The notes beneath the pieces are model-generated. The model ran no database searches and had not been told where the DNA came from. It saw nothing but the letters and a program-made list of their open reading frames with translations. The position numbers and the translations under genes are program-made. DNA of 55,161 nt, taken from IMG/VR virus record IMGVR_UViG_3300020042_006565, positions 1 through 55,161 of that record; one strand, 5' to 3'. Shown here one piece after another: positions 52,316 to 55,161 of the stretch. This DNA is from a virus (Duplodnaviria > Caudoviricetes). Numbering within the stretch: position 1 is the first letter of the stretch; every line of letters begins with the position of its first letter.

Positions 52316-55161
52316 TCATTGCGCGAACCGACCTGCCCTATTCATATAGGCCTCGTTCTTGGTCATCAGCGGAACACCGCTGCCTGGAGCGCGATTCTTA
52401 CCTTCTCCGCGTACGTCCTTGCGCCACTGAACTTCCTGCTTGCCGGTGATCGGCTGCTCAGGGTGGTCCTCGTTGAACTCCTGGATCAGCTCGCGGACAT
52501 CGCCCATGTCACCGCTGCGAACGCCCGCCTTGTACGCCTTGCCGATACTGCCTTGGCGTTCCTTGTACGCAGCCTCGATGTTCTTGATCGCGTTGGTGCC
52601 TTCGTAGTACGCAGACTCTGCGGTAGGAGATACGCCCAGCGCCCGCAGCGTCACATCCCACGCATCCATCTCGGTGCCGGTCGGCACGTTCTTGCCATCC
52701 GTCAAACCTGCAGTGGAGTAGCGACCGGCTTTGACCACGTCAGCGACGAACTTCGGTGACAGCTTCTCGATACCCTTCGCCACATCGCCTTCGGACAGTC
52801 GTACGAATCCGTCGTAAAACTTGGCTGACATTCCTGCGGCTGGGCCGAGGGCACTGAGTACCAACTCGCCCACTTGCTCCTGGCCGGTGCGCTTATCGAA
52901 ACGAGCCATCGGGAACGGCGAGGCAATATCTCCGAGACCGATACGCTTGGACAGGTCCATGCCAAACATGGCAGGCACACCCTTGGCCAGAACATCGGAC
53001 AGTCCCTTGTCGCCCGACAAGTCATAGATCGCGTTGCGCAGTTTGGTCTCTGCATCACCTTCAGGATCATCCTCGTCGCCGAACAGGTTGGCAACGAACA
53101 ACGCGGTAGACATGAACGGCAAACCGAGCACACCTGCAGACATGCCGGAGGTGAGCGTGAAGTAGGTCAGAGCAGCGCGTGCCTCCTTGGCTTCCTTGCC
53201 CTCACCAAACGCTTTCTTGATGTTCGATCCGAACAGGTAGAGCATGCCCTGCTGGTATCTGCGGAACTGGAACACCAACTTGGCAAACGGAACCCCGCCG
53301 CCTTCTCGCATGACGCGAGCTGTGCCTTCAGAGCTGTAGTCGAACTGCGTGTTGAGCGTGGTGTCGTACGCATACTTGACCGCGTCGTCGTAGTTCATAC
53401 CGTCTTTGCGAGCCAGCCGGAAAGATGCCAGCGCAGCCGACGTGCGGTTGAGCAGCTCGATCTGCTGTGTGGTCCAACCCATGTACCGGTTGACTTGCGA
53501 GAGCAATCGGCTGGAGTCCTGCGCGAACATGCCCAGCTCAAGCTGTGCGCCATCGGCAAGAATCCCCTTGGTCATCAGCTCACGAATCGCCTTGCGGTCC
53601 TCGGTCGCAGCCAGCGTGCCCTCGCTGATGCCGGACCATGCATCGAACTGGCCGTTCTTCCAACGAGCGTCTTTCAAGATCATCAGCGCATCTCGTGAGG
53701 CTGCACTGAGTGCCTTGGTTGCCTTGGCGATCCCGAACTTGCCAGCCATCATGGGCAGCGTCACCAACCACGGCTGGGTGCTGTTGATGAGCATGAACGA
53801 AGGCGACACGCCGAGGTGGTAGACCCAAGACAGCGAAGACATCAGATCTTGCACAGGGGTCTGCTTGTACTGCATGTCCAGCGCCATGCGCTGTTCCATC
53901 TCGCGGTGGATGTGCTGCAGATCTGACTTGCCCTTGGTCTCGCGCTTCATGGCGAACATCGTGTCGGCCATCTCGCTGGCGTACATCAACCGTGACGTGA
54001 AGAACGCGCCCTGCTGCCCTGCCGCAGCGAACGCACGCAGCATGTCTGGACTCGCGCCCTCGATGCCCTTGCGGTGTGCTTCTCTGCGAAGAGCGTGCAT
54101 CTCTGGCAGAGACTGCAGAAAGATCGAGCTGATTGACTCGTTGAGTTTTCCAGCTGTGCCCTTGTCGAACTGGCTGTCGATAACCTGCGTGATGTTGTCC
54201 AGCGTGTCTTGCGACAGCGTGCGCATGCCGTCGATGTGCTGGTCAGTCAGGTCCTGGCGAGTCTGCAGACCCTTGGCCTTGAGAGCGCGTTCCGCTGCGT
54301 TGGCTTGGCCCTTGGTCTCGTGAGCGGACACCGAATACTGCGTGCCGTCTTTCTTCATCGCGTCGAGCTGCTTCTCCAACGCGGTGCGTTCTGAACCCGT
54401 GGCGTCATCCATGCGCTGGCGCAGGTCGATCAGGGCCTGAGACTCCCCGATAGCAAGGTAGCTGCCGAAACGCATCAGCGGGAAGTAAGGCCCCTTGATC
54501 TGCTTGAGCTGCTTGCTGTACTCGGCCTTCGAGGTTTCTTGCTCTTTGGCCAGCTTGGCCACAGCGTCTGTGTCCCCACGTTCCTGAGCTGCTTCGATGC
54601 GCTTGTTGTACGTGTAGTCCACGAGCTGGTTGTACGCAGCCTCGCGTTTCTTCCACGCATCGTCGAGCGACTTCTTGGCTTCTTGGTAGACCTTCTTGGC
54701 CTCGGGAGTCATCGCGTTGTACTTGGCAGCGAGCGCCGCGTGCTCTGCTTGCTGCTCTGGCTTCAGGTGCGCGTTCTCTGGCTCACCGAAGGCGCGGTCC
54801 GGGTGGATCTCTTTGAGCGTGGCACGCAGCATGACTTCGCTGAGCTGGGCCTTGATCGCGTTGGCCAGCTTGTCCCAGCGAACCGAGATGTCGTGGAACT
54901 CCATCGCCTGCTTGGTGCGCTCAACCGTCAGCGACTGCTGCAGACCGACGTACTTCTTCAGCGAGTCAATCTTCTTGCCAAACTGCTCTGCCAGCTGCGA
55001 GTTGTTGAGGAACCTGGGCGAGTTCTTCTGGAGGAAGTCGGTCACCGTCGCAAAGCTGTCTGCGACCTTCGGGTTCATGTTGCCCCGCAGCCGCTCCGCA
55101 GTGTTGCGGTACAGCGTGTTGGCGTTGTTGGCAGTTGCAGTAGAGCTGCCGATACCAAACT
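52316..55161 (-). CDS. C-terminal part of a giant virion ejection/polyvalent protein with PLxRFG motif
   Basis: PYFPLMRFG, N.TQ and QF.Y...FQFRRY motifs. The frame stays open from the track start (55078) to the right end of the window. Confidence 0.8.
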   Translation of the reverse strand, partial: FGIGSSTATANNANTLYRNTAERLRGNMNPKVADSFATVTDFLQKNSPRFLNNSQLAEQFGKKIDSLKKYVGLQQSLTVERTKQAMEFHDISVRWDKLANAIKAQLSEVMLRATLKEIHPDRAFGEPENAHLKPEQQAEHAALAAKYNAMTPEAKKVYQEAKKSLDDAWKKREAAYNQLVDYTYNKRIEAAQERGDTDAVAKLAKEQETSKAEYSKQLKQIKGPYFPLMRFGSYLAIGESQALIDLRQRMDDATGSERTALEKQLDAMKKDGTQYSVSAHETKGQANAAERALKAKGLQTRQDLTDQHIDGMRTLSQDTLDNITQVIDSQFDKGTAGKLNESISSIFLQSLPEMHALRREAHRKGIEGASPDMLRAFAAAGQQGAFFTSRLMYASEMADTMFAMKRETKGKSDLQHIHREMEQRMALDMQYKQTPVQDLMSSLSWVYHLGVSPSFMLINSTQPWLVTLPMMAGKFGIAKATKALSAASRDALMILKDARWKNGQFDAWSGISEGTLAATEDRKAIRELMTKGILADGAQLELGMFAQDSSRLLSQVNRYMGWTTQQIELLNRTSAALASFRLARKDGMNYDDAVKYAYDTTLNTQFDYSSEGTARVMREGGGVPFAKLVFQFRRYQQGMLYLFGSNIKKAFGEGKEAKEARAALTYFTLTSGMSAGVLGLPFMSTALFVANLFGDEDDPEGDAETKLRNAIYDLSGDKGLSDVLAKGVPAMFGMDLSKRIGLGDIASPFPMARFDKRTGQEQVGELVLSALGPAAGMSAKFYDGFVRLSEGDVAKGIEKLSPKFVADVVKAGRYSTAGLTDGKNVPTGTEMDAWDVTLRALGVSPTAESAYYEGTNAIKNIEAAYKERQGSIGKAYKAGVRSGDMGDVRELIQEFNEDHPEQPITGKQEVQWRKDVRGEGKNRAPGSGVPLMTKNEAYMNRAGRFAQ

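Larger units (their letters stand above)
1..55161. mobile_element. temperate podovirus-like phage genome (unintegrated form)
   Basis: Complete head, tail, lysis, replication and integration modules. Phage genes lie on both sides of att. Confidence 0.92.

Overview
The whole window is a temperate tailed (podovirus-like) bacteriophage genome, probably infecting a proteobacterium. No host genes are visible. The minus strand (1-28150 and 52316-55161) carries the virion module: terminase, portal, an embedded lysis cassette, scaffold, capsid, adaptors, an array of Gly-rich tail proteins, tail nozzle, tail fibre, ejection proteins and a giant PLxRFG-motif protein cut by the window end. The plus strand (28941-52069) carries the early and replication module: many small ORFs, an AAA ATPase with a metallopeptidase/vWA partner, a family A DNA polymerase, nucleases, a SNF2 helicase, an SSB-like protein, primase, a DUF927-like helicase, excisionase and a tyrosine integrase. 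These are followed by an intact attP that is the 3' half of tRNA-Leu(CAG). The most striking element lies at the start of the early region. A ~570-nt non-coding stretch with dense nested base-pairing (candidate large ornate ncRNA) is followed by one 176-aa ORF and then by a textbook type I hammerhead ribozyme. A 14-bp palindrome (GCTTACAYGTAAGC) recurs about 14 times, mostly at gene boundaries and promoter-like sites, although no classical CI repressor is recognisable. Family names are from motif recognition by eye, not database searches.
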